Counted from the stretch's first letter, positions 10,256 to 21,064 are shown. The stretch: 64,000 bases of DNA from Alphaproteobacteria bacterium (GCA_964291285.2 OZ219787.1:1088001-1152000), one strand, 5' to 3'. The notes: generated by a model from the sequence alone, not told the origin. Translations and numbers: made by a program.

Positions 10256-11254
10256 GTGGCGAACCGTCCGAACCCCGTCACCTCCCGGCTGTTGATCGGC
10301 TTCGGCGCGGCGGTGCTGTTCGCCGCGGTCGTGCCGCATCTCGTGTCGGACTTCACCAGCTTCCAGTTCACCCAGGCGATGGCCTACGGCATCGCGCTGC
10401 TCGGGCTGAACATCCTGACCGGCTACAACGGCCAGTTCTCCATCGGCCACAGCGCCTTCTACGCCGTCGGCGCCTACACGGCGGCGATCCTGCTCTATCA
10501 TTTCGAGTGGAACCACTACGCCACCCTGCCGGTGGCGGCGCTGGTGGCCTTCGTCGTGGGCTTCCTGTTCGGCCTGCCGGCGCTCCGCCTGGAGGGACTC
10601 TATCTGGCGCTCGCCACCTTCGCCTTTGCCGTGGCGACGCCGCAGTTGCTCAAATTCGATGCCTTCGAGCACTGGACGGGCGGCGTGCAGGGCCTCTTCG
10701 TGCCGAAGCCGGAGCCGCTGATCGACGGCCTGAGCGCCGACCAGTCGCTCTACTATGTGACGCTCGCGGTCATGGTGTTCCTGATGATCGTCGCCTGGTG
10801 CCTGCTGCACAGCCGGTCGGGCCGGGCGATCATGGCAATCCGCGACAATCCCATCGCGGCCAGCACGATGGGCATCAACACGGCCCTCTACAAGACGACG
10901 ACCTTCGGCATCAGCGCCATGTACACCGGCATTGCCGGCGCGCTCAGCGTCTTCGTCACCGAGTTCGTCGCGCCCGACGCCTTCAACTTCTTCCTCGCGG
11001 TCAACCTGCTGGTCGGGTCCGTGGTCGGCGGCATCGTGTCGATCCCGGGCGTGATCTTCGGTGGGCTGTTCCTCGTCTTCGTGCCCAATTTCGCCCAGGA
11101 CATCAGCCGCGCCTATCCGTTCGTACCGCCGCCCTGGGCGATCTTCGGCATTTTCCTGATCCTTGCGATATATTTCGTGCCGTTCGGGGTCTGGGGCGCG
11201 GTGGAACGGGCGCTCGCATGGTGGAAACGCAGATCGGCCGGCTCCGGCGGATAG
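10256..11254 (+). CDS. Branched-chain amino-acid-type ABC permease (LivM-like)
   Basis: GLNILTGYNGQFSIGHSAF, GLYLALAT, SRSGRAIMAIRDN. Confidence 0.92.
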   Translation: MANRPNPVTSRLLIGFGAAVLFAAVVPHLVSDFTSFQFTQAMAYGIALLGLNILTGYNGQFSIGHSAFYAVGAYTAAILLYHFEWNHYATLPVAALVAFVVGFLFGLPALRLEGLYLALATFAFAVATPQLLKFDAFEHWTGGVQGLFVPKPEPLIDGLSADQSLYYVTLAVMVFLMIVAWCLLHSRSGRAIMAIRDNPIAASTMGINTALYKTTTFGISAMYTGIAGALSVFVTEFVAPDAFNFFLAVNLLVGSVVGGIVSIPGVIFGGLFLVFVPNFAQDISRAYPFVPPPWAIFGIFLILAIYFVPFGVWGAVERALAWWKRRSAGSGG

Positions 11255-11288
11255 AAACGGGACACAACTGAAAGGGAGGTATCGACCC

Positions 11289-12488
11289 ATGCACATCAAG
11301 AAACTGCTGGCCGTCGCCGCCGCAGCGGCGCTGCTTGCCGGGACGGCACACAGCGCCGACATGACCGGCATTACCGACACGACAATCAAGATCGGCAACA
11401 CCAACCCCTATTCGGGGCCGGCTTCGGTCTACAGCACCATCGGCAAGACCATCTCCGCCTATTTCGAGATGGTGAACGAGATGGGCGGCATCCAGGGCCG
11501 CCAGATCGACTTCATTTCGCTGGACGACGGCTACAGCCCGCCGCGCACGGTCGAGCAGGTCCGCAAGCTCGTGGAGCAGGAGCAGGTGGCGCTTCTCTTC
11601 CAGACGCTCGGCACGCCGACCAACTCCGCCATCCACCGCTATGTGAACGCGAAGAAGGTCCCGCACCTCTTCGTCGCGACGGGCGCCAGCAAGTGGGGCC
11701 AGCCGGACAAGTATCCCTGGACCATGGGCTTCCAGCCGACCTACGACGTCGAGGGCGAGATCTACGCGAGATACGTGCTGGAGAACGTCGAGGACCCGAA
11801 GATCGCGATCCTGTTCCAGAACGACGACTACGGGAAGGACTATCGCGACGGCTTCCTGCGCGGCCTCGGCGACAAGGCGGACGAGCTCGTGGTCTCGATG
11901 CTGCCCTACGAGGTCACCGACCCGACGGTGGACAGCCAGATCCTGAAGATGAAGGAGAGCGGCGCCAACGTCTTCTTCAACATCACGATCCCGAAATTCG
12001 CTGCCCAGGCGATCCGCAAGTCCTGCGAGATCGACTGGAAGCCGGTGCATCTGCTGAACAATGTGTCCTCCTCGGTGGGCGCGACCCTGACGCCGGCAGG
12101 CCTCGACTGCTCCACCGGCCTGATTACGGCGCAGTATCTGATGGACCCGGTGGACCCGGAGTGGAAGGACGATCCGGGCTACAAGGAGTGGGTCGCCTTC
12201 ATGGAGAAGCACATGCCGGGCTCCGACCTGACGGACGTGAACTACGCCTATGGCTACAACGTCTCCAGGCTGATGCACATCACGCTCGAAGGCTGCGGGG
12301 AGCTGAGCCGCGAGGGCATCATGGCCTGCGCCGCGAACCTCAAGGACGTCGAGCTTCCGATGCTGCTGCCGGGCATTCTGGTCAACACCTCAGCGGACGA
12401 CTTCTACCCGATCCAGTCGGAGCAGCTCTCGCGCTTCGACGGGAAGAGCTGGGTTCGCTTCGGCGACATCATCCACGCCAGCAACTGA
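11289..12488 (+). CDS. ABC substrate-binding protein (Leu/Ile/Val type)
   Basis: Signal peptide MHIKKLLAVAAAAALL, GITDTTIKIG..PYSGPAS, DDGYSP; GGGAGG RBS upstream. Confidence 0.92.
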   Translation: MHIKKLLAVAAAAALLAGTAHSADMTGITDTTIKIGNTNPYSGPASVYSTIGKTISAYFEMVNEMGGIQGRQIDFISLDDGYSPPRTVEQVRKLVEQEQVALLFQTLGTPTNSAIHRYVNAKKVPHLFVATGASKWGQPDKYPWTMGFQPTYDVEGEIYARYVLENVEDPKIAILFQNDDYGKDYRDGFLRGLGDKADELVVSMLPYEVTDPTVDSQILKMKESGANVFFNITIPKFAAQAIRKSCEIDWKPVHLLNNVSSSVGATLTPAGLDCSTGLITAQYLMDPVDPEWKDDPGYKEWVAFMEKHMPGSDLTDVNYAYGYNVSRLMHITLEGCGELSREGIMACAANLKDVELPMLLPGILVNTSADDFYPIQSEQLSRFDGKSWVRFGDIIHASN

Positions 12489-12510
12489 CCGCGCCGGCAT
12501 AACGGAAACG

Positions 12511-12541
12511 GCCGCCTCCCTTGCCGGGGAGGCGGCTTTTT
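12511..12541 (+). terminator. Rho-independent terminator
   Basis: GCCGCCTCCC-ttgccg-GGGAGGCGGC followed by TTTTT, just after the binding-protein gene. Confidence 0.85.
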
Positions 12542-12596
12542 CGTGTGCGCCCCCGCCCCCCGTGCGGACGGCGCCGGAACGGGTTACGCTTGCGCG

Positions 12597-13229
12597 ATGT
12601 TTCGACACGGCGCGACGCGGAGGCGGGTGCTGACGGGACTGGCGGGAGCGGCGGCGTTGCCGTTGCCGTCTTCCGCAAGCTCAATGCTCCTCGGCTACCA
12701 GCCTTCGGAGGCGATGGACGACCGCGGCCTCGGGCTGGCGCCGCCGCTTGCCTGCACGCCCGGCACCCGGTCGCAGACGGCGGGGCCGTTCTACACGCCC
12801 GCCACGCCGCGCCGCAGTGACTTGCGCGAGCCGGGTGCGACCGGCGAGGCGCTCGTCTTCGAGGGCCTGGCGTTGACGCCGGACTGCCGACCCGTGCCCG
12901 GCGCTGTCATCGACATCTGGCACAGTGACGGGCGCGGGCGCTACGACAACCGGGGCTTCCGCTATCGCGGCCACCAGTTCACGGATGCGGCCGGGACGTT
13001 CCGCTTCCTGACGATCCGGCCGGGCCGCTATACCGGCCGCACGCCGCATATCCATGTGAAGCTGCAGGGCAGGAAGACCGGCGTGCTCACCACGCAGGTC
13101 TATTTCCCCGACCTCGAGGCCGCCAACGCCCGCGATTCCATCTTCAGGGACGACCTGCTGCTACGACTCGACCGGACCGCGGCGGGCCTCTGGCGCGGGC
13201 GGTTCGACTTCGTGCTGCGGCCGGTCTGA
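12597..13229 (+). CDS. Intradiol ring-cleavage dioxygenase-like protein with Tat-type signal
   Basis: TRRRVLTGL signal; GPFY, IDIWHSD..GRYD, RG.QFTD, TIRPGRYTGRTPHIHVK. Confidence 0.85.
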   Translation: MFRHGATRRRVLTGLAGAAALPLPSSASSMLLGYQPSEAMDDRGLGLAPPLACTPGTRSQTAGPFYTPATPRRSDLREPGATGEALVFEGLALTPDCRPVPGAVIDIWHSDGRGRYDNRGFRYRGHQFTDAAGTFRFLTIRPGRYTGRTPHIHVKLQGRKTGVLTTQVYFPDLEAANARDSIFRDDLLLRLDRTAAGLWRGRFDFVLRPV

Positions 13230-13286
13230 GCCCTTTCGCCGGCGGCGGGAAACGGGCCGTTCAGGCCCGCCTCCGCCGCCGCAGGC

Positions 13287-14348
13287 TCAGTTCTGCGCCA
13301 CCCAGCGGTTCCAGCGCTCGGTCAGTTCTTCCTGGTAGTCCACCCAGAAGTCGATCGCCTCCTGGCTGCCGCCGAACAGGCCCGTGGCCAGATTGTCGCC
13401 CGCCGGCAGGCTCTTCGCCCGCTCGGGATCGACCATGGCCACACCTTCCTTGTGCGTCGGCCCGTAGGCATAGGCCTTGGTGAAGGCGGCCTGGCGGCCG
13501 GGGTCGGTCACGAACTTGACGAAGGCGTATGCGGCGTCCTGGTTGGGCGCGCCTTCGATGATGGCCCAAGAGTCGATGGCGTAAACCGTCCCGTCCCAGA
13601 TCATCTGCAGGTTCTTGCCGTCCTTCTGGGCGTTGGTGATCCGCCCGTTATAGGCGACGCTCAGCTCGACATCGCCGGCCGCCAGCCATTCCGGCGCCTG
13701 CGCGCCGGCTTCCCACCACTGCACCAGCGGCTTGATCTCGCCGAGCTTGGCGAAAGCCCGGTCCACGCCCTCCGGCGTGTTGAGGACCTTGTAGATGTCC
13801 GCGGGCGCCACGCCGTCGGCCAGCAGCGCATATTCGAGGTTGAGTTTCGGCCCCTTGCGCATGCCGCGCTTGCCGGGCCAGGTCTTCGTGTCCCAGAAAT
13901 CGACAAGCGTAGCCGGCGCCTTGCCAACGGTGTCGGCGTTGTAGGCGATGACCACGGACCAGACGAGATTGCCCACGCCGCAATCAGTGACGGCGTCCGG
14001 CAGCATGTCTTCCTTGGGCAGGAGCTTCGACCAGTCGAGCTGCACGAACACGCCCTCCTCGCAGCCCCGGACGAGCTCCGAGGTTTCGACCTGCACGACA
14101 TCCCAGGGGATCTGCCCCGTGTCCTGCATGGCCTGGAACTGGGCCCAGCCGCCGAGATAGACGTCTTCCAGGAAGGCGATGCCGGACTCCTGGCTGAACG
14201 GCGTGAAATAGACGTCGCGCTGCGCTTCCTGGTAGGTGCCGCCCCAGCTTGCAATGGTGAAGTCGCGGGCTTCGGCGGCTCCGGAAAGCAGGCCCAGCGC
14301 CGCAGCGACCACGAAAAGGGGTTTGAAACGCCTCCCGATGGTTTTCAT
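13287..14348 (-). CDS. Polyamine-type ABC substrate-binding protein
   Basis: SWGGTYQEAQ, WDVV, DFWD...PGKRG, LEYALLADGV. Confidence 0.9.
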   Translation of the reverse strand: MKTIGRRFKPLFVVAAALGLLSGAAEARDFTIASWGGTYQEAQRDVYFTPFSQESGIAFLEDVYLGGWAQFQAMQDTGQIPWDVVQVETSELVRGCEEGVFVQLDWSKLLPKEDMLPDAVTDCGVGNLVWSVVIAYNADTVGKAPATLVDFWDTKTWPGKRGMRKGPKLNLEYALLADGVAPADIYKVLNTPEGVDRAFAKLGEIKPLVQWWEAGAQAPEWLAAGDVELSVAYNGRITNAQKDGKNLQMIWDGTVYAIDSWAIIEGAPNQDAAYAFVKFVTDPGRQAAFTKAYAYGPTHKEGVAMVDPERAKSLPAGDNLATGLFGGSQEAIDFWVDYQEELTERWNRWVAQN

Positions 14349-14456
14349 GGCTCATCCTCCTTTCCGCCGCGAACGGCATTTGCAGTTGTCCTGACCGTCC
14401 GGTCTCCCGATCCGAACTGCGGCGTGCCAACGGTTCTGCTTGCGGGACGCGCCACC

Positions 14457-15287
14457 TTACTCCTCCCGCCGGGAACGCTGCCGGGCGCTTCGCCACTGCA
14501 GCAGTTCGACGACCGCCAGAAGTGCCAGCGAGAAGGCTATCAGAATCGTCGCGATCGCAACAATCGAAGGGTCGAGCTGGTCGCGCAGCCCCGTGAAGAG
14601 CTGGCGCGGCAGGGTTATCTGCGCCGGGCCGCTGACGAAGAGCGCGACGATCACTTCGTCGAGCGAGGTGACGAACGCGAACACCGCGCCTGCCAGCACG
14701 CCAGGCAGGATCAGCGGCAGCGTCACCTGGAAGAAAGCGGCGAGCGGCGGTGCACCGAGGCTCTCGGCGGCGCGCACGAGGTTCCAGTCGAACCCCTTGA
14801 GCGTCGCGGAAACGGTGATGACTACGAAGGGCACCGCCAGCACGACATGCGCGATAATCAGCCCGATATGGGTCTGCACCAGCCCGATCCTGGCAAAGAA
14901 GAAATAGAGCCCGAGCGCGGTTATCACGAGCGGCACGGCGAGCGGCGAGATCAGGAGCCCGAAGACGAAGGGCTTGCCAGGAAAGTCCGCGCGCGTGAGG
15001 CCGTAGGCAGCGAGCGTGCCGAGCGCGGTGGCGATGATCGTCGTCGAGACGGCGACGATCAGGCTGTTCTCGAGCGCGAACATCCAGGGGAAGGGCTCGA
15101 CCACCGCATCGTACCAGCGCATCGAGAAACCGGGCAGCGGATAGCTGAGGAAACTGCCCGCGCTGAAGGAGATCGGCACGACGATGACGATGGGGCCGAT
15201 CAGGAACAGGAAGCCGAAGGCGCAGATGAGGCGCAGGCACCAGTACCAGACATGCTGGCCGCGGGTCGCGTTGACCGGAAGCGCCAT
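14457..15287 (-). CDS. Polyamine-type ABC permease (PotC-like)
   Basis: GFSMRWY, RAAESLGA, TSLDEV. Confidence 0.9.
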   Translation of the reverse strand: MALPVNATRGQHVWYWCLRLICAFGFLFLIGPIVIVVPISFSAGSFLSYPLPGFSMRWYDAVVEPFPWMFALENSLIVAVSTTIIATALGTLAAYGLTRADFPGKPFVFGLLISPLAVPLVITALGLYFFFARIGLVQTHIGLIIAHVVLAVPFVVITVSATLKGFDWNLVRAAESLGAPPLAAFFQVTLPLILPGVLAGAVFAFVTSLDEVIVALFVSGPAQITLPRQLFTGLRDQLDPSIVAIATILIAFSLALLAVVELLQWRSARQRSRREE

Positions 15288-15296
15288 GCGGTCCGC

Positions 15297-16541
15297 CTAT
15301 CCGAACCGGAACCCGGCCGCGCCGCGCACAAGGCCCCGATAGACCGGATAGAGCGCGGCCACGCTCAGCAGCAGCAGGATCGCTATGGCGCTCGCCATGC
15401 CCCAATTGCCGGTCCGGGTTGCGAACTCGGCGATGAGGTAGCTCAGCATCTGGTCCGATGCGCCGCCGATGAGAGCCGGCGTGATGTAGAAGCCGAGCGA
15501 AAGGATGAAGACCAGGATGCACCCGGCGCCGAGCCCTGGCAGGGTCTGCGGCAGGTAGATGGACAGGAACGCCGCAACCGGCTTTGCGCCGAGCGAGGCG
15601 GCGGCGCGCATCTGGCTCGCCGGAATGTTCCGCATCACCGCATAGAGCGGCAGCACCAGAAAGGGGAGCAGGATGTGGACCATCGCGACATAGACGCCGG
15701 TCCGGTTGAATATCAGCGTGAGCGGTTCATCGGTAAGGCCCGCATAGAGCAGGGAGTCGTTCACGACCCCCTTATTCTGCAACAGCACGACCCAAGCCGC
15801 CGTGCGCACCAGCAGCGAGGTCCAGAAGGGCAGCAGCACCAACGCCAGCAGGATCCGCGACAGGCGCCGGCCGGTGGTCGCGATGAGATAGGCCATCGGA
15901 TAGCCGATGGCGATGCACCAGGCGAGCACCCAGAAGCTGATCCAGAAGGTGCGCTCCAGATAGTCGATATAGATGGTGCGCTCGGGCGGGGCGGTACCGA
16001 TGCTGCCATCCCATTTCCGTTCGAGATCGACGGCCGCCAGCAGGTAGCGGGTGGTGTAGGGCCCGGCCGAGGCCTTGATCGCACGCCAGTAGGCTATATC
16101 GCCCCAGCGCTCGTCGAGTCCGATCAGGGCTTCCTTGTAGGGCGGCCCGGTAATGCGGCGGATCTTGCGTCCGGTGCGCATCACCATGCTGCGGAAGCCG
16201 CTGATCTCGTAGTTGAGCCGCATGGCTGCCGCGGCAACGGTCCGGTCCCCGTAGGCGGCCCGGATTTCCTCGACCACGGTTGCAAAAGCTTTTTCGCCCG
16301 GCAGTTCGGCGCCGTCCCATTCGGCGACGGTCTCCGCGGTCCGGGGCATGACCTCGGCAAGCTTCGGGTCATCCACGCTGAAATAGAGCAGCGAGAGGAT
16401 CGGGCCTGCGAACACCACGAGGATGAAGAGCAGCAGCGGCGCGACAAGCAGGAAGGCGTTCAGGGAACGTTGCCTCTGGGCGCGCCTGAGTTTCGCCTCG
16501 AGGCTGCGGTCGGCGGGGGCGGCCTTCGCTTCGTCCGTCAT
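15297..16541 (-). CDS. Polyamine-type ABC permease (PotB-like, extended)
   Basis: LLPFWTSLLVRT, HILLPF.VLPLY, RAAASLGA. Confidence 0.9.
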   Translation of the reverse strand: MTDEAKAAPADRSLEAKLRRAQRQRSLNAFLLVAPLLLFILVVFAGPILSLLYFSVDDPKLAEVMPRTAETVAEWDGAELPGEKAFATVVEEIRAAYGDRTVAAAAMRLNYEISGFRSMVMRTGRKIRRITGPPYKEALIGLDERWGDIAYWRAIKASAGPYTTRYLLAAVDLERKWDGSIGTAPPERTIYIDYLERTFWISFWVLAWCIAIGYPMAYLIATTGRRLSRILLALVLLPFWTSLLVRTAAWVVLLQNKGVVNDSLLYAGLTDEPLTLIFNRTGVYVAMVHILLPFLVLPLYAVMRNIPASQMRAAASLGAKPVAAFLSIYLPQTLPGLGAGCILVFILSLGFYITPALIGGASDQMLSYLIAEFATRTGNWGMASAIAILLLLSVAALYPVYRGLVRGAAGFRFG

Positions 16542-17632
16542 GCCGGTGCCAGCACCCGGCAGTGCTCCGGGGCCCAGCCGACCTCGACCGCCGCTCCGGG
16601 CGCGAGCGCATCGCTGGCCGCGCCGACGGGTGCCAGCGCGATGATGTCGTCCCGTCCGGCCATGGCGAGGCGCACGCGGTTGTGGGCGCCGAAATAGATC
16701 ACCTCGACCACCTTCGCCCCGAACCGGTTCGCCATGTCTTCGGCGGTCGGCCCGATGACCAGGCGCTCGGGGCGCAGCGACAGCAGGGCCGCCTCTCCGT
16801 TGGCGCGCTCCGCTGCAGACCGGGCGTGGATGATGTCGCCCGAGGCCAGCCTGACAACGCAGTTCGGCCCGTCGATGCCTTCGATCCGGCCCTCGAAGGC
16901 GTTGTTCTCGCCGATGAAATTGGCAACGAAGGCGTTGGCGGGCTTCTCGTAGACCTCATGCGGCGAGCCCACCTGCTGGATGAGCCCGTCATTCATGATA
17001 GCCACCCGGTCCGACATGGTGAGCGCCTCGCCCTGGTCGTGAGTGACATAGGCGACGGTCATTCCGAGCTGCTCGTGCAGATGCTTGATCTCGATCTGCA
17101 TCTGCTCGCGGAGCTTCTTGTCCAGCGCGCCAAGCGGCTCGTCCATCAGCACGATCTCGGGCTCGAAGACGAGCGCCCTGGCAAGCGCAACCCGCTGCTG
17201 CTGGCCGCCGGAAAGCTGGTGCGGACGCCGCTCGCCGAGGCCGGTCAAGTCCACCATGCGCAGCGCAGCCCCCACCTTCTCGCTGATGGCATGCTTCGGA
17301 AGCCGGCGCTGGACGAGCGGAAAGGCGACGTTCTGGAACACCGACTTGTGCGGAAAGAGCGCGTAGTTCTGGAACACGATGCCCATATTGCGCCGGAAGG
17401 GCGGGACATTGCGCAGAGAGCGGTCATTGAGAACGATATCGCCGGCCGTCACCGCCTCGAAGCCGGCGAGCATCAGCAGGATGGTGGTCTTGCCGGAGCC
17501 CGACGGGCCGAGCAGCGTCAGGAATTCGCCCCTGCGGATTTCGAGACTGAGGCGGTCCACGACATTGACGCGGCCGTCATAGGTCTTTTCGACATCCCGA
17601 AACCGGACCAGCACCTCGGATTCGGGAGTCAT
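16538..17632 (-). CDS. Polyamine-type ABC ATPase (PotA-like)
   Basis: GPSGSGKTT, LSGGQQQR, DEPLGALD, VTHDQ.EAL.MSDR. Confidence 0.92.
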   Translation of the reverse strand: MTPESEVLVRFRDVEKTYDGRVNVVDRLSLEIRRGEFLTLLGPSGSGKTTILLMLAGFEAVTAGDIVLNDRSLRNVPPFRRNMGIVFQNYALFPHKSVFQNVAFPLVQRRLPKHAISEKVGAALRMVDLTGLGERRPHQLSGGQQQRVALARALVFEPEIVLMDEPLGALDKKLREQMQIEIKHLHEQLGMTVAYVTHDQGEALTMSDRVAIMNDGLIQQVGSPHEVYEKPANAFVANFIGENNAFEGRIEGIDGPNCVVRLASGDIIHARSAAERANGEAALLSLRPERLVIGPTAEDMANRFGAKVVEVIYFGAHNRVRLAMAGRDDIIALAPVGAASDALAPGAAVEVGWAPEHCRVLAPA

Positions 17633-17786
17633 GGCTAGCGGGTCTCCCGGTCCGCCCCGCCAGCCGGTTTTTCGCCATCGAGAAGCGCCGCCGGCCGCGC
17701 GCAGCCGAACCGGCCGCCTCCCCCGCCGCGGGGAAACGGCGGCCCGGCAGGCGGCCCCGGCGACAAGGCGCTCAGGCCCTTCGAGG

Positions 17787-19175
17787 TTACGCGACCGCCT
17801 TGCCCTGCTTCGTCAGCAGGTCGAGGCCGGCATCGAGCGCACGGGCATAGCGGTCGAACATCTCGTCGATTTCGCTCGCGGTGATGACCAGCGGCGGCGC
17901 GAAGCACATCGAATCCCCGACCGGCCGCGTTATCAGGCCTTCCTGGGCGCAGAGGTCGTTGACGAGCGCGCCGACGCCGTCCGACGCCGCGAAGGCCTCC
18001 TTCGTCGCCTTGTCCTTCACCAACTCGGTGGCGCCGACCAGCCCGACACCGCGCGCCTCGCCGACCAGCGGATGGCCGGCGAAACCCTGGATCCGCTCCT
18101 GGAACCGGCCGACCACGCTCCGGACATGCCCGAGCGTGTCCTCCTCCTCATAGATCTTGAGGGTCTCCAGCGCGACCGCCGCCGCGACCGGATGGCCGGA
18201 ATAGGTGTAGCCGTGCCCGAACACGCCCATCTTGGCGCTCTGGTCGGCGATGGCCTGATAGACCTCGTCGCTGATCATCGTCGCCGAGATCGGCAGGTAG
18301 CTGGAGGAAAGCGCCTTGGCGCAGACCAGGATGTCGGGCTCAATGCCGAAGGTCTCCGAGCCCCAGAAATTCCCGGTCCGGCAGAAGCCGCAGATCACCT
18401 CGTCGGCGACGAACAGCACATCGTGCTTGCGCAGCACCTCCTGGATTTTCGGGAAGTAGGTGGCCGGCGGCACGATCACGCCGCCCGCGCCCATCACCGG
18501 CTCGGCGAAGAACGCGGCCACCGTCTCCGGGCCCTCGGACTCGATCAGCGCATCGAGTTCCTCGGCCATGCGGGTGGCGAAGTCCTCTTCGCTTTCGCCG
18601 TCCTCGCCGAAGCGGTAGTAGTGCGGATTGTTCGTGTGGATGAAGCGCTCGAGCGGCACGTCGAAGCCGGAATGGTTGAGCGAGCGGCCCGTCAGGCTGG
18701 CCGCTGCCAGCGTGATGCCGTGATAGCCGTTGACGCGGCCGATGATCTTCTTCTTCTGGTGGCGCCCGCGTGCGTTGTTGTAGTACCAGACGAACTTGAT
18801 CGCGGTGTCGTTCGCCTCGGATCCCGAGTTGTTGAAGAACACCTTGGAGACCGAAGTCGGTGCCAGGCCCATCAGCCGCTCGGCGAGGTCGATGCCGGGC
18901 AGGTGCGATTTCTGGCCGAACTGGTGGTAGTAGGGCAGGGTTTCGAGCTGCTTCACGGCGGCGGCGACGAGGCGCTTGTGCTGGAAGCCCAGCGAGGTGG
19001 ACCAGAGCCCGGCCATGCCTTCGATATACTGCTTGCCGCCCGTGTCCCAGACATAGACGCCTTCGCCGCGCTCGATGACCATCGGCCCCTGTTCTTCGTG
19101 CTGGCGGAAATTGGTGTAGGGGTGAAGCAGATACGCGACATCGCGCGCTTCCGGCGAATTCGGCTGCAACGGCAT
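17787..19175 (-). CDS. Class III (omega-amino acid/polyamine) aminotransferase
   Basis: LHPYT, GMAGLW, NSGSEAND, AEPVMGAGG, ADEVICGF.RTG, AKALSS. Confidence 0.92.
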   Translation of the reverse strand: MPLQPNSPEARDVAYLLHPYTNFRQHEEQGPMVIERGEGVYVWDTGGKQYIEGMAGLWSTSLGFQHKRLVAAAVKQLETLPYYHQFGQKSHLPGIDLAERLMGLAPTSVSKVFFNNSGSEANDTAIKFVWYYNNARGRHQKKKIIGRVNGYHGITLAAASLTGRSLNHSGFDVPLERFIHTNNPHYYRFGEDGESEEDFATRMAEELDALIESEGPETVAAFFAEPVMGAGGVIVPPATYFPKIQEVLRKHDVLFVADEVICGFCRTGNFWGSETFGIEPDILVCAKALSSSYLPISATMISDEVYQAIADQSAKMGVFGHGYTYSGHPVAAAVALETLKIYEEEDTLGHVRSVVGRFQERIQGFAGHPLVGEARGVGLVGATELVKDKATKEAFAASDGVGALVNDLCAQEGLITRPVGDSMCFAPPLVITASEIDEMFDRYARALDAGLDLLTKQGKAVA

Positions 19176-19494
19176 GGGACGGCCTCCGGGGACGCAGGTG
19201 GCAGGGAGAGCCGCCAGTCTAGCACCCGGTCGAGGCTTGTCCAAAATACCATATAGGCCTGCGATTCAGGGCATCCCGTCCGCGCGCCTGGCAGGCTTCG
19301 ATACGCGGCCAATCGCGCGTTGACAGGGGGGCGGGTTGGTGCATCGTTCCGGAACGCCGACGGGAAGTCCCTGTCGTTAACGACCGCGAGATGCCCGGGC
19401 GCGGCGCCCTGTTGGCGCACGCCGGACGCAAACCTCGATGGCCGGGAACGCCGCGGATTCCGCCCGCCGGACGCCAAACAGGGAGAGGATACGC

Positions 19495-21033
19495 ATGAAT
19501 TTCGGGAAACTTGCGGGTACCGCAGCGTCGATTGCCGGGGCGGCGATGATCGCAGCCTCGGCAACCGCCGGACCGGACGACGATTCACTGGTCATCGCAT
19601 GGGGTTCGACCGGCCCTATCGAGAATGTCGACAACTATTTCAACACCAACCGGACGGGCATCTGGTTCAGCCGCATGGTCTGGGACCAGCTCATCTACCG
19701 TGAGCCGAAGACCTTCGAATACAAGCCGTTGCTGGCAACGAGCTGGGAGCTGCTGAACGACACGACCTGGCAGTTCAAGCTGCGTGAAGGCGTCAAGTTC
19801 CACAATGGCGAGCCGTTTGACGCCGATGACGTGGTCTTCACGCTGAACTGGATTTCGAACCCGGACAATGGCGTCAAGGTGCAGCGCAACGTCAACTGGA
19901 TCGACCGGGCCGAGAAGGTGGACCGGTACACAGTCAACCTGCACATGAAGAAGCCGTTCCCGCAGGCCTTCGAGTTTCTGTCGGGGCCGTTGACGATCTA
20001 TCCGAACGAATATTATGCCGAGGTCGGCCCCGAGGGCATGGGCCGAAAGCCGGTCGGCACAGGCCCGATGAAGGTCGTCTCGATCAAGACCGCCGAGGAG
20101 TATGTCTTCGAGAAGAACGAAGGCTACACTTGGGGTAGCCCGAAGGGCGCGGCGCAGGTTTCCAAGATGGTCGTGCGCGAGATCGCCGACGTGCAGACCC
20201 AGATCGCCGAGTTGCTGGCGGGCGGCATCGACGTGACGGCCGACATATCGGCGGACCATGTGGACCAGATCGGCCAGGTGCCGGGCTACAAGGCCCTGCA
20301 GGCCGGCACGATGCGCACCGGCTATATCGGCTTCGACGCCGCCGGCCGCGGCAATTTCGAGCCCACCACGAAGCTCAAGGTCCGCCAGGCGATGGCCCAT
20401 GCGATCGATCGCTCCGCGCTCGTAAAGAACCTGATCCGCGGCGACGCCGGCGTCATCCACACGCCCTGCTTCCCGACCCAGTTCGGCTGCGACGCCGAGG
20501 CGGCGGTCAGATACGAGTTCGATCCGGACAAGGCCAGAGCGCTTCTCGCTGAGGCAGGTTATCCGGACGGGTTCGATATCGACTTCTACACCTTCCGTCC
20601 TGCGGACTGGGCCGAAGCGATCATGGGCGACCTAGCCAAGGTCGGCATCAGGGCGACGCTCACCAAGATGCCTTACTTCGCGCTACGCGACAAACAGCGC
20701 AACGAAGGCACGACGCCGATGTTCCTGATGGACTGGGGTTCCTATTCGATGAACGACATGTCGGCGATCACCAGCCACTTCTTCAAGAAAGGGCCGGACG
20801 ATTTCGCGCTCGACGACGAAGTGGCGGCCTGGCTCGAGGAAGGCGACACGAGCTCCGACCCGGAGGTGCGCAAGGCTGCCTACCGCAAGGCCGTCGAGAA
20901 GATCACGCGCGAGGTCTACTGGCTGCCGATGTTCAACCATGTCCGGAACTACGCCTATCGCGAGGAGCTGAATTTCATCCCCTACCAGGATGAGATCCCG
21001 CGCTTCTGGCAATATGGCTGGGCGAGCAGCTGA
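19495..21033 (+). CDS. Peptide/nickel family 5 ABC substrate-binding protein
   Basis: PLLATSW, FKLREGVKFHNGEPFDADDV, PVGTGP; GGAGAGG RBS. Confidence 0.92.
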   Translation: MNFGKLAGTAASIAGAAMIAASATAGPDDDSLVIAWGSTGPIENVDNYFNTNRTGIWFSRMVWDQLIYREPKTFEYKPLLATSWELLNDTTWQFKLREGVKFHNGEPFDADDVVFTLNWISNPDNGVKVQRNVNWIDRAEKVDRYTVNLHMKKPFPQAFEFLSGPLTIYPNEYYAEVGPEGMGRKPVGTGPMKVVSIKTAEEYVFEKNEGYTWGSPKGAAQVSKMVVREIADVQTQIAELLAGGIDVTADISADHVDQIGQVPGYKALQAGTMRTGYIGFDAAGRGNFEPTTKLKVRQAMAHAIDRSALVKNLIRGDAGVIHTPCFPTQFGCDAEAAVRYEFDPDKARALLAEAGYPDGFDIDFYTFRPADWAEAIMGDLAKVGIRATLTKMPYFALRDKQRNEGTTPMFLMDWGSYSMNDMSAITSHFFKKGPDDFALDDEVAAWLEEGDTSSDPEVRKAAYRKAVEKITREVYWLPMFNHVRNYAYREELNFIPYQDEIPRFWQYGWASS

Positions 21034-21064
21034 CGGCACGGCGCCCCCGCCAGAGGCGTAGCGT

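Noticed and set aside
13452-16697. 1081-aa plus-strand ORF
   Set aside because: Antisense to well-supported polyamine ABC genes; no motifs.
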